In this document: piece after piece, positions 8,261-18,092 of the stretch
Layout of the letters: every line of letters begins with the position of its first letter
Numbering within the stretch: the first letter of the stretch is position 1
IMG/VR virus record: IMGVR_UViG_3300049979_000188
Direction: 5' to 3' (one strand)
Source of the DNA: a virus
Length of the DNA: 64,000 bases
Translations under genes and position numbers: made by a program
Notes under the pieces: generated by a model
Told to the model about the DNA's origin: nothing
Seen by the model: the letters and a program-made list of their open reading frames with translations, nothing else
Databases searched by the model: none

Positions 8261-8527
8261 TTAATCCTTGGCTTCGAGTGCTTGATTAAGCGTGGCAACG
8301 AGCTTACGTGCTTTCTCGTAAGCAGGGCCCGGGTCCTTGCTCTGACCTTTCACCTTTTGAATGATTTTACTACGCTTCAGGCCCTTACCGCCAGACTTGG
8401 CCACCCACTGGAAAATACCCAGCGTGAAGCTTTCCCAGTTAGCTGTTAACCCCGTATGCGGGGCACAGGCGCCGTCAAAATCATACTGGTTTAGTTGCGG
8501 ATTAACCGCGTGTTCAGTGGCGTTCAT
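8261..8527 (-). CDS. Hypothetical protein
   Basis: 88-aa ORF. Confidence 0.65.
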   Translation of the reverse strand: MNATEHAVNPQLNQYDFDGACAPHTGLTANWESFTLGIFQWVAKSGGKGLKRSKIIQKVKGQSKDPGPAYEKARKLVATLNQALEAKD

Positions 8528-8546
8528 GCGAAAAATTAAAAGAAGA

Positions 8547-8918
8547 TTACTGGTTAGTAGACTCAGCGGGAGCCGGGGGTTTCAGGTCCAGGTTAGGTCG
8601 GATGCGATGGGCCCATTTCTGGTAGAAGCCATGGACCTCGGCCACCTTGCTTTCAACTAGTTGGCGGATTCCTTTGCTGCGTTTGTTAGCTGTCTGCAAG
8701 AAGGTCTGCATGGTGAGCTGCATGTTCATGTCCAGCACCAACTCCCGGTTCTCAGCGCGCTCAGCGGCCAAGAGGCCCAAAAGATTGGGGACAATTTGCG
8801 CATCTTCGGAGAGCCATTGAAATGCCGCTTCTTTAAGCGTAGACTCGTCGATAACTCCTGCGCGAAAGAGCAAGGCTGCTTCCACAAAGGTATCTAGTTT
8901 ACCGGAGGTGTTTGCCAT
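8547..8918 (-). CDS. Hypothetical protein
   Basis: 123-aa ORF. Confidence 0.65.
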   Translation of the reverse strand: MANTSGKLDTFVEAALLFRAGVIDESTLKEAAFQWLSEDAQIVPNLLGLLAAERAENRELVLDMNMQLTMQTFLQTANKRSKGIRQLVESKVAEVHGFYQKWAHRIRPNLDLKPPAPAESTNQ

Positions 8919-8929
8919 TGTGGTAGGAT

Positions 8930-9667
8930 TTATTTCTCGGGTAATGGCTCGCTAGCCGGCAGCAACTTGCGCGAGACGTAGAACCAGTAGCGCTGGTAAG
9001 TGGTCTGAATAGCCTTGAACTGCTTTTCCAATGCTTTGTGAAACTTAGACTCCGGCCCTTTGCTTTCGAGTAGATGACCCAGTAAACTGTGCTGCTTCAT
9101 GACGCCGGCAAACATGTGGATAAGCTCGTGCTCGCGCTGCTCTTCCAGAATTTCACGACCTGCTTGACAAAGTTGGCCTAAATCATAAACTAGTTGTTTA
9201 CGGGCCGCTTTGGGGAGTTTATTATCAGGTGTTTCTACGGTGTATATCTTAATCTTCTTGGTATGCAGCTCATGGGCAAAGGTTTCAATCCGGTTGAAAC
9301 TTTCGCGCAAAGTAGGGTACTGCTGCAGGTAGCTCGGGCGCTCACGCTCCTTATTGGCCTGTAGGGCATTAACCAGCATCGTTACATGCATAAGGGGAAG
9401 CTCCCCGTAACCAATGTTTTTAAGTACGGGTTCCTCGCTCAGGGGCCCTTCGCAACGGACAACCAATTTGGGCTCCCACAAAGGGTCCCCTTCCAAGGTG
9501 GGACTTACGCTGAAGAGGCGCACGGCGTATACTTGCACCAGTTCACCACGGTTAGTTACTAGCTGGTGGTAGAAGGGAAGTGCGTAGTCCTGGTCAGTGG
9601 TGGCCGAGAGCACAAAGCGTTCGAGCTGGAGCCAAGGTTCATGCTGGGGGTCTGTGGTGTGTGGCAT
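8930..9667 (-). CDS. Hypothetical protein
   Basis: 245-aa ORF, first gene after promoter 9696-9723. Confidence 0.7.
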   Translation of the reverse strand: MPHTTDPQHEPWLQLERFVLSATTDQDYALPFYHQLVTNRGELVQVYAVRLFSVSPTLEGDPLWEPKLVVRCEGPLSEEPVLKNIGYGELPLMHVTMLVNALQANKERERPSYLQQYPTLRESFNRIETFAHELHTKKIKIYTVETPDNKLPKAARKQLVYDLGQLCQAGREILEEQREHELIHMFAGVMKQHSLLGHLLESKGPESKFHKALEKQFKAIQTTYQRYWFYVSRKLLPASEPLPEK

Positions 9668-9788
9668 GGTACAAGAATGGTTGGTTTCTGATTAGTTTAC
9701 GCTTTCCCGGAGCCCGGCGTTACGCCCCTAACCAAAAACAGCCCCGGACGCTGGCCCGGGGCTGTTTGCTAGCTTAGCGGTGCGCTTA

Positions 9789-10796
9789 CTACCGGCCCAT
9801 GGCCAGGGCCATGTTGAAGGACTTTTCCATCAGGCGCGCGTCATCACCGAGCAGCAGCTGGCTCATGGTGCCCTCCGTGCTCCGGTACTCCTTCACGTTT
9901 TGGAAGAAGCCGGTGATGCCCTGGTACGCCTGGTAGGCTGTGCCGGGGAACATTTGCTGGCCACCGCTCTCGCCGTAGAGGTAATTTTTCACCTCGTTGC
10001 GAATATTGGTCGCGCGGGTGGAGGTATCCTTGCCCTTTTCCTCAGACTCCGAAGAGAACAAGGCTTTGATGTAGGCATCTACCTGGGTTTCACTAACTCG
10101 GGTGTGAGCCATTTGGGTAAGGGCGGCACCCATTTCCTCTTTGAACATGTCGTAGAGACCCATGAGCTGGCCAGCCTGCTTAAGGCGCATCTCGGCCGTT
10201 TTGGTGTGGGAAATACGGACCCGGTTGCTGTTGTTTTTCATGGCCATCATCAGCGTGTTTCGGCATACTGTGCGTACTGGTGACAAAAGTGCCTGAATGC
10301 TACCGCTACCATCGTGAGAATTGATAAGTATTACGTAGGGTTCAATCTCATCGCCGGGTACAAAAATGTGCGGAGGCATCTTGGCGGTAATGAACGTCTG
10401 ACGCCCGCCACCCAGCACCCCGGCGGTTTCGATAACGGCCTCGCCAGCACCCACGATGGAATCAAAGAACGAGAAGGCTGCCTCATTCTGGCAGATAGCA
10501 TACTTCTTACCTACGACACCCAGGGGCTCATTTGTGTCGGTGCGGTAGTTTACGAACTGGTCTGGGACCATGCGCATGATAGATTGCTTTTCGTCGCCGA
10601 AGTCCACCATGACCGGGCGACGGTCCACCTTAAAGTCCATGCCAGCCAGGTGCAATGCCTCGGCAACCGTAGCCGGGCGGTCCAGGCGCTGACCAAGCCC
10701 GTGCCAGGGTAGCTCGCGGATTGCTTGGTTGGCGGAGAGCATAGCGGTTTTACCGGCGAGGTCTCCCTTCTGGATAGTGGCTAAATCGTGGGCCAT
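9789..10796 (-). CDS. DUF932-family phage/plasmid protein (TIGR03299-like)
   Basis: PWHGLG, LGVVGKKYAICQN, ETAGVLGGGRQTFI, NSHDGSGS, PVRTVCRNTL. Confidence 0.88.
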   Translation of the reverse strand: MAHDLATIQKGDLAGKTAMLSANQAIRELPWHGLGQRLDRPATVAEALHLAGMDFKVDRRPVMVDFGDEKQSIMRMVPDQFVNYRTDTNEPLGVVGKKYAICQNEAAFSFFDSIVGAGEAVIETAGVLGGGRQTFITAKMPPHIFVPGDEIEPYVILINSHDGSGSIQALLSPVRTVCRNTLMMAMKNNSNRVRISHTKTAEMRLKQAGQLMGLYDMFKEEMGAALTQMAHTRVSETQVDAYIKALFSSESEEKGKDTSTRATNIRNEVKNYLYGESGGQQMFPGTAYQAYQGITGFFQNVKEYRSTEGTMSQLLLGDDARLMEKSFNMALAMGR

Positions 10797-10840
10797 GTGA
10801 TGTGGTAGGTTTTTTATAAACGCTGTGTTGCGATTATAGG

Positions 10841-11791
10841 TCAGTTTACGGAGAGCCCGCGGGTTATGTTACGCGAGCCCTGCGTTTTTTTTTCTACTCG
10901 CTTCACAGCCCAATCCCACTTGTAACCATAATCACGCACAATAGCTTGGGGACACTCCCCTATAAAAGCAAAGAACTTGGCTGTATTTTCTGCGGGGCGA
11001 GGTAAATGAAGCTGTGGATTGTAGGAAGCGACCCCCTTGAACGTTTGCCGGTGCTTCTGCACACGAAATGGTAGACCTAGTGTATTGAGCTTCGCAGCGA
11101 GCGCCTCACATTCATTCCACGTGAATCCATTTGTGCATAGTACAACTCGACTGTACTGATACTCCCCTTTTCCTCGGGAACGACTACTGGTAATCTTAAG
11201 CAATGTCCCATCACCAATAAACCAGTGTAGCAAAACAGTTGCTGTAATAAGTAAATCAGTGGGTGGATGCTTTACCCCGTTCACGTACCATCGTTGTCGA
11301 TAGTCGAGTAACTCACGGTAGAACCTAGTCTTAGCTCGAAAGGAGTATGTATCACGCAAGTTATACAATCCATTTGCATGGGTGGTAGGTGGTGTTACAC
11401 GCGAGGTGATATTACCGGCACGAGCAAGTCCAAGCTCACCCAGGCGCGAGAAGAGCCATTGCAAATAGCCCTCTTTCGCAGTGCAGTAAGAAAACACACC
11501 AGAGCGACTTGCTTCTTTACGCAGACTATCCCCCCACGTAATAGAACCATCCCCCAGTAGTTCACCTGTCAGAATTTCATCCAACTCTGGTGTGATGGTG
11601 ACATAATTAGCTGGGGCATAAGTTAGGTTCACCCCAGATGGATTAGCGAGTATCCCGTAGTGGTTAAGCCACTTCTTTACCAAGGGTACACTACCTTGGT
11701 AATATGCAGCTACGCCTCGCAAACTCAAACCTTGCGTCTGGTAGAGGTCAACTAATTCTTCTTTTAGGGGTACTTCACGTAGTTTTGGCAT
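10841..11791 (-). mobile_element. Free-standing LAGLIDADG homing endonuclease gene
   Basis: Two LAGLIDADG-like helices (LTGELLGDGSI; LLHWFIGDGT), N-terminal HTH-like segment, visibly lower GC than flanks. Confidence 0.8.
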
Positions 11792-11844
11792 AACACAAAG
11801 TTATGTATTAGTTGTCACTCTCACTAATAGGTGTTAATAAAAAA

Positions 11845-11871
11845 AGTCTTCCTGGTAACCAGGAAGACTTC
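11845..11871. terminator. Palindromic terminator-like hairpin
   Basis: AAGTCTTCCTGGT-A-ACCAGGAAGACTT. Confidence 0.55.
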
Positions 11872-11889
11872 CACTATAATAAGAAAGTA

Positions 11890-12039
11890 CTATTGAACAC
11901 TGTCAGTATATTGAATACCGTCAGTATCGAGACGCAGGTAACAGGGGGGACTATTCTTTGTCAGCTTACGCAGAATAGCTTTAGCACGAGTAGTTATACG
12001 GCGTGCCGTCTTTGGGTCATAAAGAATTACCTTTGACAT
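11890..12039 (-). CDS. Small basic hypothetical protein (49 aa)
   Basis: Manual: MSKVILYDPKTARRITTRAKAILRKLTKNSPPCYLRLDTDGIQYTDSVQ; lies between promoter 12085-12112 and terminator; below ORF-track cutoff. Confidence 0.5.
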   Translation of the reverse strand: MSKVILYDPKTARRITTRAKAILRKLTKNSPPCYLRLDTDGIQYTDSVQ

Positions 12040-12189
12040 AATAAAACGGTTTATCATAAACGCTGCGTTGCGCTGACAAAGAAGTTTACGCAGAGCCCGG
12101 CGATAGTGTTACGCGAGCTCGGTCTTTTTTCGGGTCAGCACATAAAAAAAACCATCCACCTTACTTGGATGGTTTTTTTGACTCGTAAA

Positions 12190-12531
12190 TTACCGGTATT
12201 TGGTAACCAGGTGAAATTCTGGCTCGACGTGTAGGCCGTAGTGCTTGGCTATCCCACGCTTGACGGCTAGCATTTGCTCGTAGCTGGGTTGCTTCAAGCA
12301 AAGGGGGCCGCTATCGGCCAGGTACTGGTCAGCCGCACTTTTAGCGATAACCATGCCCACTACATGAAATTCACCCGACATGTAATCCACTACGGGGAAG
12401 ATACCATCCAAGTGCTCGGGTAAGAGGGCCTGGTAGGGATTATCGCGCAGCTCCTCCAACGCTTCCGGGGTGGACGTATCAGCCGGCAGACTCACCCCGT
12501 AGACGAGGTATTGATTGACACTCGTGCTCAT
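12190..12531 (-). CDS. Hypothetical protein
   Basis: 113-aa ORF. Confidence 0.65.
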   Translation of the reverse strand: MSTSVNQYLVYGVSLPADTSTPEALEELRDNPYQALLPEHLDGIFPVVDYMSGEFHVVGMVIAKSAADQYLADSGPLCLKQPSYEQMLAVKRGIAKHYGLHVEPEFHLVTKYR

Positions 12532-12537
12532 GAGAAG

Positions 12538-13128
12538 TTAAGCTAAAACGGCTAATTCATTGCGAAGCGTAGCAGCCAGTTCGTAATCTTCACTGGCTAC
12601 GGCCTGCAGCAAGCGCTCGTGGGTACGCGCGCGGCTCTGGGCCCGGTAAGCTGGGGTATCGTTAGGTTCCGCTTCCAGGATTTTAATCCAACCCGTCAGG
12701 TAACGGTAAACGTCCAAGGGACTTTTATAATTGGGTTGTTGAGACACCGTAATCGTACGCCCGTACCAGGTTTTCTTTTCGTAAGTGAAGCCCGCAGTGC
12801 GTAGAATAGCCGGGTTTTCCAGAAATTCCAAGTGCACCATGTCCATGGGGGTAAGACCCGCTTCCTGAAGCTCCCGCAGGATGGCAGCCTCACTGAGTCC
12901 GGTGAGCGGGCAGTAAGTTTGTACAACAGTTTTCCAGGTATGCTTTTTGGTGGGCACCTCCTGGTTGATACGTTTCTGGAGTTCATGCTCGTTAATCCCG
13001 AGCAGGGCCTGGGCTATCAAGCCGCAGTTGCAAGCGTTTGCTTTCGTCCAATCGTAATGAGCCGTATCATTTTTGAGCGCGTTGGCCACAACCTTGATGG
13101 CCTCCAGCAAGCGGTGTTTCTTCGACAT
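12538..13128 (-). CDS. Hypothetical protein with C-terminal UVR (UvrB/C) motif
   Basis: C-terminus LLQAVASEDYELAATLRNEL; downstream of promoter 13156-13183. Confidence 0.65.
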   Translation of the reverse strand: MSKKHRLLEAIKVVANALKNDTAHYDWTKANACNCGLIAQALLGINEHELQKRINQEVPTKKHTWKTVVQTYCPLTGLSEAAILRELQEAGLTPMDMVHLEFLENPAILRTAGFTYEKKTWYGRTITVSQQPNYKSPLDVYRYLTGWIKILEAEPNDTPAYRAQSRARTHERLLQAVASEDYELAATLRNELAVLA

Positions 13129-13209
13129 GTGTTTAAGCTAGTTAGGTAGAACCAGTATACGCCGAACTCACCTGGTACGTTACCAGTGAGCTCGACGTAT
13201 GAGCTTGGA

Positions 13210-13725
13210 TTAAGCGGCAGCCCGGCGCATCTGCTCGATGTAGGCATCGAGGCGGTCATCCACTTCAATGGCCTCGACCAACTGGCGCTCGGGGCACACC
13301 AGGTAAGCGGGTAGGTTAAGCAACTTGACTTCCGACTTGATGTGGGCCGAGTCCCGGTAAGGCATGGGAATGACCCCGGCATCGAGCTGCTGCTCGTACC
13401 CTCCACCACTGACTTTGGTACGGCTGAAAGGAATAAACAAGACCTTATCGCCCTCAAGCTCACTGAAATGGCGGTAAACCAGTCCGTAAACCCAGGTAGC
13501 TTGGTACCAGAAGCCGCCGGGCTCGGGTTGGGTGAAGCGCATTTCCAGCCGCGGCAGGGGTAAGTGGCGTAACCAAACCGGCTCGGTGGTCAGCTCATGG
13601 GCCATCCACCTTAGCTCACTCACATCGGCTTCGTCTTCGTACTTGGCAAGCTTGGCGGAGAGCTCCTGCAGCTCTTGCTCTCGCAAATCCAAAAGCTCGG
13701 TTAATCGTTGTTCCGTATTGGCCAT
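13210..13725 (-). CDS. Hypothetical protein
   Basis: 171-aa ORF. Confidence 0.65.
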   Translation of the reverse strand: MANTEQRLTELLDLREQELQELSAKLAKYEDEADVSELRWMAHELTTEPVWLRHLPLPRLEMRFTQPEPGGFWYQATWVYGLVYRHFSELEGDKVLFIPFSRTKVSGGGYEQQLDAGVIPMPYRDSAHIKSEVKLLNLPAYLVCPERQLVEAIEVDDRLDAYIEQMRRAAA

Positions 13726-13743
13726 GGGGCTAAAAATAAAGGA

Positions 13744-14430
13744 TTAGGCGCCAAGCGCGTCGCTTTGGGTGTCAGTAGCGGGGAAACCACCAGCTTCCTG
13801 CGCCCTAAGGTGAGCCCGTAAATTGGTAATGAGTTGATTGACATCTTCGGCGCTACCTTCTTCGAGTAGCAGCTGAGCCCGCACGCGCGCACCCCTGCTT
13901 AGCAAGGGATGCGCCAGCAGCTCCTCCACGAGTACCCGCTGCTCGGGCAAACAGCCCTCGGCAATTGCCGGAATAAGTGGCAGGCGGCTGAAATCAGGCT
14001 CCGGGCCACGCGGGATGTCAATACGCCGGTACACCTGCTGAGGAGTACGCCCTTCGAGCCACTTAGCTAGGTAATTGGAGACGAATATGCCCGGGAACCC
14101 CTCCTGCTCCTCGTCGTAACCGGCGGCGGCCAGGGCTTTAGCCAAGTACTCCATGTCTTTGAGGCGCCCAACGAGTTGGTCGTCAAAGAGACGGTAAATA
14201 ACCAAATCAGCCTCCAACTGCTTGCTGTATTCTTTGTAGGCCGCCGGACTCAGGTTGTTTAGCTGCTCATCCGTAAGGTCCGAGCTACTGTCGAGGTGCG
14301 GCGGCTGTTTGAAGAGCAGAAACGGGTCGTTGGCGATAGTAAGCCCAAAGCACCCGTCGGTCAGACTCACCCCGTTAGGAGTCGTAAAGGGTTCGCTGTG
14401 GTGGCCGGTAATCACTTCCCGGTACTGCAT
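13744..14430 (-). CDS. Hypothetical protein
   Basis: Start moved to MQYREV to avoid overlap; start uncertain. Confidence 0.6.
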   Translation of the reverse strand: MQYREVITGHHSEPFTTPNGVSLTDGCFGLTIANDPFLLFKQPPHLDSSSDLTDEQLNNLSPAAYKEYSKQLEADLVIYRLFDDQLVGRLKDMEYLAKALAAAGYDEEQEGFPGIFVSNYLAKWLEGRTPQQVYRRIDIPRGPEPDFSRLPLIPAIAEGCLPEQRVLVEELLAHPLLSRGARVRAQLLLEEGSAEDVNQLITNLRAHLRAQEAGGFPATDTQSDALGA

Positions 14431-14497
14431 GAGGTGAATACCCGGAAAAGGGCTCCCCCAGCAAATTTCGGTGGCGAAGCAGTTAATAACGGACATG

Positions 14498-14971
14498 CTA
14501 GAAACGTGAATAAGTGGGTCGGTAAAAAGTAGCGACCAGTTTGAAAACGAAAATACCGTAGGGAATACAACCCATCCAGCCAATACCCGTCCAGGCACCA
14601 ACAGGGTACCAGAGCGCGTAGACACTGCACACAATAAAGAGCAGCACGAGCGGGACCAGGCAAAAAGCTTGGCCGTAACCAAGCAAACTACTTAACACAA
14701 TGAAGGGCAGCAGGACTACTACCAACCCTTGGCCAACTTCACCACTATACCAGGCTAGCAGAGAGCCCACTAACACCAGTAAGGGAAAGAGTCCGGGTAT
14801 GCGCAGGGCCACGCGGCCGACGCGGTCTACGACGGGCGCTAGCAGGCGGTAGAAACCCAGCAGGACCCACCCACTAAGCAAGGCATAAACCAGCGTAATG
14901 AGCAGGATAGTAACGTAGTTGGCAACCGTAAAATCGGTAGCCGTACCGTGAAACAGTGGCTGGGTAAGCAT
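14498..14971 (-). CDS. Multi-pass membrane protein
   Basis: About 4 hydrophobic segments; ATG 6 nt below promoter 14978-15005. Confidence 0.7.
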   Translation of the reverse strand: MLTQPLFHGTATDFTVANYVTILLITLVYALLSGWVLLGFYRLLAPVVDRVGRVALRIPGLFPLLVLVGSLLAWYSGEVGQGLVVVLLPFIVLSSLLGYGQAFCLVPLVLLFIVCSVYALWYPVGAWTGIGWMGCIPYGIFVFKLVATFYRPTYSRF

Positions 14972-15001
14972 ACCTGGTCTACGGGACGACTACCGACTCC
15001 G

Positions 15002-15238
15002 TTACTTAGCGGGGGTCACATCTTTGAGCAAGGCCTGCAGCCAGGTACGCGCGTCCCGAACACGGGTACGCGTAGGCTCAGCTGCTTTCTCAAAGGCCTC
15101 TACCGCAACGCTGATAGTGTTTTCGTCGACGCCAGCATTGCGCAGCAGCTCACGCATGGTGATGTTTATCTGGTAGAACTCAATCTTACCCAGTTCATCG
15201 TCGACGTGGCTAAGGGCTTTTTGCTGAATGGCCATCAT
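15002..15238 (-). CDS. Hypothetical protein
   Basis: 78-aa ORF; stop lies within -35 element. Confidence 0.6.
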   Translation of the reverse strand: MMAIQQKALSHVDDELGKIEFYQINITMRELLRNAGVDENTISVAVEAFEKAAEPTRTRVRDARTWLQALLKDVTPAK

Positions 15239-16032
15239 ACTTCGTGGAGGGGAAGGTTAAGTTCTGTACGGATAGCCGCAACCAGGGGCAGGAGCTGGGG
15301 GTAGCGATTGGCCACGTCGAGCTTGTACTCGAAGTCGTCTTCTTCCTGCCGGTATTGGGCCCGCATGGACTTGCTCTTGGCGCTGCCATCGTTGTTACTG
15401 ACATTGGCCAGGCGGTCGCAGAGCTTGTCGTAAGTCGTAACGAGCTCCGAGGCTACCCGGTCGTAGTAGGCCTGGTCGTGACGCTCTTTGCGCGTGGCTC
15501 CCGTAGAGGAAACCATGAGCTGCGTGAAGCGGGCAATGAGCATTCCGGCGAACTTAGCCACGTCGTTCATCGTACCGTAGCCATCCTCGATGTAGTCGTG
15601 CAGCCACTCCACCGCCACGGCAATATCACGCAACTCCTCGGGCAAGAGGTAATCATACTGGCGGGCAACGGTAGCAGCCGCAAGCAAGTGCGTGGAATAA
15701 GGCTGATTGCCGTAAACCTGGCCGGCTCCGTCGTGGGCTCTTACGGCAATTTGCATCACGCGGCCCAAGAGACCCTCGGGGCCATCGCCATAGTCTACTT
15801 GCATGAGCAGGTCCAGCTCGGTTGGGTTATAAGCCCGCTCGATAACTGAGGCCCACTCGGCTGAGGCCCCATCGGCCGCTTTAGCGGCAATGGCCGTAGT
15901 AGTGGCAAGCGGCAGCAGATGCCAGTAGCGCAGCAGCCAACTAACGAAGCTCTTGGCGCCGGCGGGTTTAGCCAGGTAGGCATCTGCCAGCTCCGCGGCA
16001 AAGGCAATGGGTAAGGGCAGGTTATGGGACAT
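15235..16032 (-). CDS. HD-domain (p)ppGpp-hydrolase-like protein (SpoT/Mesh1 small alarmone hydrolase type)
   Basis: AVRAHDG.GQVYG.QPYSTHL, WLHDYIED, KLCDRLAN. Confidence 0.8.
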   Translation of the reverse strand: MSHNLPLPIAFAAELADAYLAKPAGAKSFVSWLLRYWHLLPLATTTAIAAKAADGASAEWASVIERAYNPTELDLLMQVDYGDGPEGLLGRVMQIAVRAHDGAGQVYGNQPYSTHLLAAATVARQYDYLLPEELRDIAVAVEWLHDYIEDGYGTMNDVAKFAGMLIARFTQLMVSSTGATRKERHDQAYYDRVASELVTTYDKLCDRLANVSNNDGSAKSKSMRAQYRQEEDDFEYKLDVANRYPQLLPLVAAIRTELNLPLHEV

Positions 16033-16037
16033 AGTAG

Positions 16038-16442
16038 TTAGATGACGGGCAAGCCCAGGGTGATAAGAATGCTGCGCAGCTGTGCGGCCGCCTCGCCGCG
16101 GCCCTGGGCCAGGCCACGGGCTCGGGTACTTTCCAGCCGCGAGAGACTACCCGGCTCAACGGGGCTCTCCTTCTGCTCGCTCTGCAGCAAGGCGCGCCGT
16201 AGAAGCTGCTCAACCAGTTGCTGGTAAGCGAGCTGATGGCTGAGTAAGGCGCCCACGTCACGCAGGTAATACTCGTAGTTGGTTCGCGGGGGCTGCTGCG
16301 TCCAGTCGCGGTCAGCCGGGATTTTCATTTGCGTGCGAATAGCATCCACCTTGTAGTGGATGGCCAGTAGCTCCGGGGCCGAGAGGAGCGGGCTTTGTTC
16401 AATAAGGGCTTGCATCGGCTGGAGTATGGCGTAGAACGGCAT
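16038..16442 (-). CDS. Hypothetical protein
   Basis: 134-aa ORF. Confidence 0.6.
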   Translation of the reverse strand: MPFYAILQPMQALIEQSPLLSAPELLAIHYKVDAIRTQMKIPADRDWTQQPPRTNYEYYLRDVGALLSHQLAYQQLVEQLLRRALLQSEQKESPVEPGSLSRLESTRARGLAQGRGEAAAQLRSILITLGLPVI

Positions 16443-16890
16443 CGGTGAATCGAATCAGCCAGTCGCCAGGGGTAAGGCGCGAGAAAGGCTCGTCTCGGGT
16501 GATGGCGTAGGCCTTAGCCGGCAACTCCTCCACCTGGATAATACCCGCCTGAAGCAGAAAAATGAGCATACCAGCCCGGGCCTGGGCCTCACTAGCTCCA
16601 TACTCTTTAAGCTGACCGGGAAATTCACAGTACCAAGCCATCGGCCCCAGGTGGCCAACTGACTTGCCGCTTACCCAGTAAGGTGGCAGCATTTCTCCGA
16701 GCTCAGCCGCCGTAAAACCCACGCAATCGTTGCCGTGGGCATCAACTGGGGCATTGAAGCTGCTGCGGGTGTAAGCACCGGACGAACCTTCTTCAACCCA
16801 GAGGTTAACCCCATGCTGGGGGACACCGAGTGACTTTAACTGCAGTGCCTGCTCGCTGGTGCAGCACTGCTCAACGTGGTAGAGTACCAT
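16399..16890 (-). CDS. Hypothetical protein
   Basis: 163-aa ORF. Confidence 0.65.
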   Translation of the reverse strand: MVLYHVEQCCTSEQALQLKSLGVPQHGVNLWVEEGSSGAYTRSSFNAPVDAHGNDCVGFTAAELGEMLPPYWVSGKSVGHLGPMAWYCEFPGQLKEYGASEAQARAGMLIFLLQAGIIQVEELPAKAYAITRDEPFSRLTPGDWLIRFTDAVLRHTPADASPY

Positions 16891-16904
16891 GAGAGAAAAA
16901 GTAA

Positions 16905-17192
16905 TTAAGCGGTGGCAGCTGACGTCAAATACGTGGCCTGAAAGTCCTCCCAGTCCATTTCTTCGTCGTCGTTGTAGTAGTCAACCCAGCCCTCGCCTTC
17001 GACCCACATAGTCACGAAAATAGCGTTGCAGTAATCAGGGATAATGTGGTTTTCGTAGAGAAACAAGTGCTGCATGGCCAGCACGTTCATAATGCGCAGC
17101 GCATCGTGCTCGTCAGTTACCTCCACCACGAACGTCGGACAGGGCACTTGCGGCATGTGCTCCACACGGAGCTTATGGGGGACTTTTTTCAT
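16905..17192 (-). CDS. P22 gp17-like (superinfection-exclusion gene product 17 family) protein
   Basis: KLRVEHMPQVPCPTFVVEV...IPDYCNAIFVTMW resembles the gp17 family pattern KLRVWHIPQVP..PF.VEV...KPDYCNA. Confidence 0.65.
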   Translation of the reverse strand: MKKVPHKLRVEHMPQVPCPTFVVEVTDEHDALRIMNVLAMQHLFLYENHIIPDYCNAIFVTMWVEGEGWVDYYNDDEEMDWEDFQATYLTSAATA

Positions 17193-17199
17193 GACAAGT

Positions 17200-17646
17200 T
17201 TACGTAGTGAATGAGATGCCCGTTACGAAGGGCCAGAAGTAGCGATGTCCCGTCGAGGGCAGCCCCTGGGTAAAACGTAAGTTATTGAGCAGGTGAAGAA
17301 TATTCTCACCGCCGCCGGGATTAGCCGAGTGGACCGTAAAGTCAGGGGCCAGCACGTCGTGGTCGAGGCAATAGTTGACCAGCCACTTGGCGCTGTCCAT
17401 GCCCGTTGGCAAGGGCAAGTAAGCCGGGTCCTGACTTAGGGGTGGATTACCTTGATGAATGCGAATGGCTCCCAAGTCGTGGTCAAACGAGAGGAAGCGC
17501 GGCAAACCGTGCTGCTCGATGTACTCGACAAAGGCATGATGAGAGCGCACCACGACCCACGTGAAGTACGGCGTGGGCTCGGGCGTGCGCTCGTCATCAA
17601 GGTAGAGCGCCGGCTCGCTCGGGTCAAAGTGGGCGAAATCTAACAT
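17200..17646 (-). CDS. Cyclic-phosphate-processing receiver-domain protein
   Basis: LYLDDERTP, VVRS, LSFDHDLG, TGMDSAKWL, VHSANP.G. Confidence 0.7.
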   Translation of the reverse strand: MLDFAHFDPSEPALYLDDERTPEPTPYFTWVVVRSHHAFVEYIEQHGLPRFLSFDHDLGAIRIHQGNPPLSQDPAYLPLPTGMDSAKWLVNYCLDHDVLAPDFTVHSANPGGGENILHLLNNLRFTQGLPSTGHRYFWPFVTGISFTT

Positions 17647-18092
17647 ACCAACGTGCGTTTAGGTGGGACGCCGCGGCGTCGGGCCCGGCGCTTGGGGCTA
17701 TTTTTACGAAATAAACCAGTCTCTACCGCGTGGCGCACATTAGCAAGGGGAGTAACCCATTCCAGGTTAGTACGCCGGTTGTCCTGCTTGTAGCCGTTCT
17801 TGTGGTTAACCTGGGTGCGAGTTACCGGGTCAGGGTTCGGGACGAAAACCAGGGCCACCAAGCGGTGAATCAAATGCGTCACACTCACGCCATCCTCCGA
17901 TAAAGCGACGGTCAGGTAACCCTCCCGGTCAGTTTGGTGGTGACGGGCACTAAGCAAACGCTGGCGGTGCGTGGTGTAGACCTGGCCCTGCGCATTGAGA
18001 AAGTAATGTGCATAGCCCGGAATGGGCCGAAAGTGAGAGTGCGCGTAGTAAAACCCCTTCTGAGAGCCGGCGTAAGGCACCTTGAGTTTCAT
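17640..18092 (-). mobile_element. NUMOD4-HNH homing endonuclease gene
   Basis: RPIPGYAHY..NAQGQV, GYLTVAL, IHRLVALVFVPNP, VNHKNG.KQDNR..NLEWVT...N..HA. Confidence 0.85.

Noticed and set aside
11892-11927. 18-bp imperfect tandem repeat as a regulatory element
   Set aside because: It lies within the small ORF 11890-12039 (DTDGIQ/YTDSVQ), so a coding duplication suffices.
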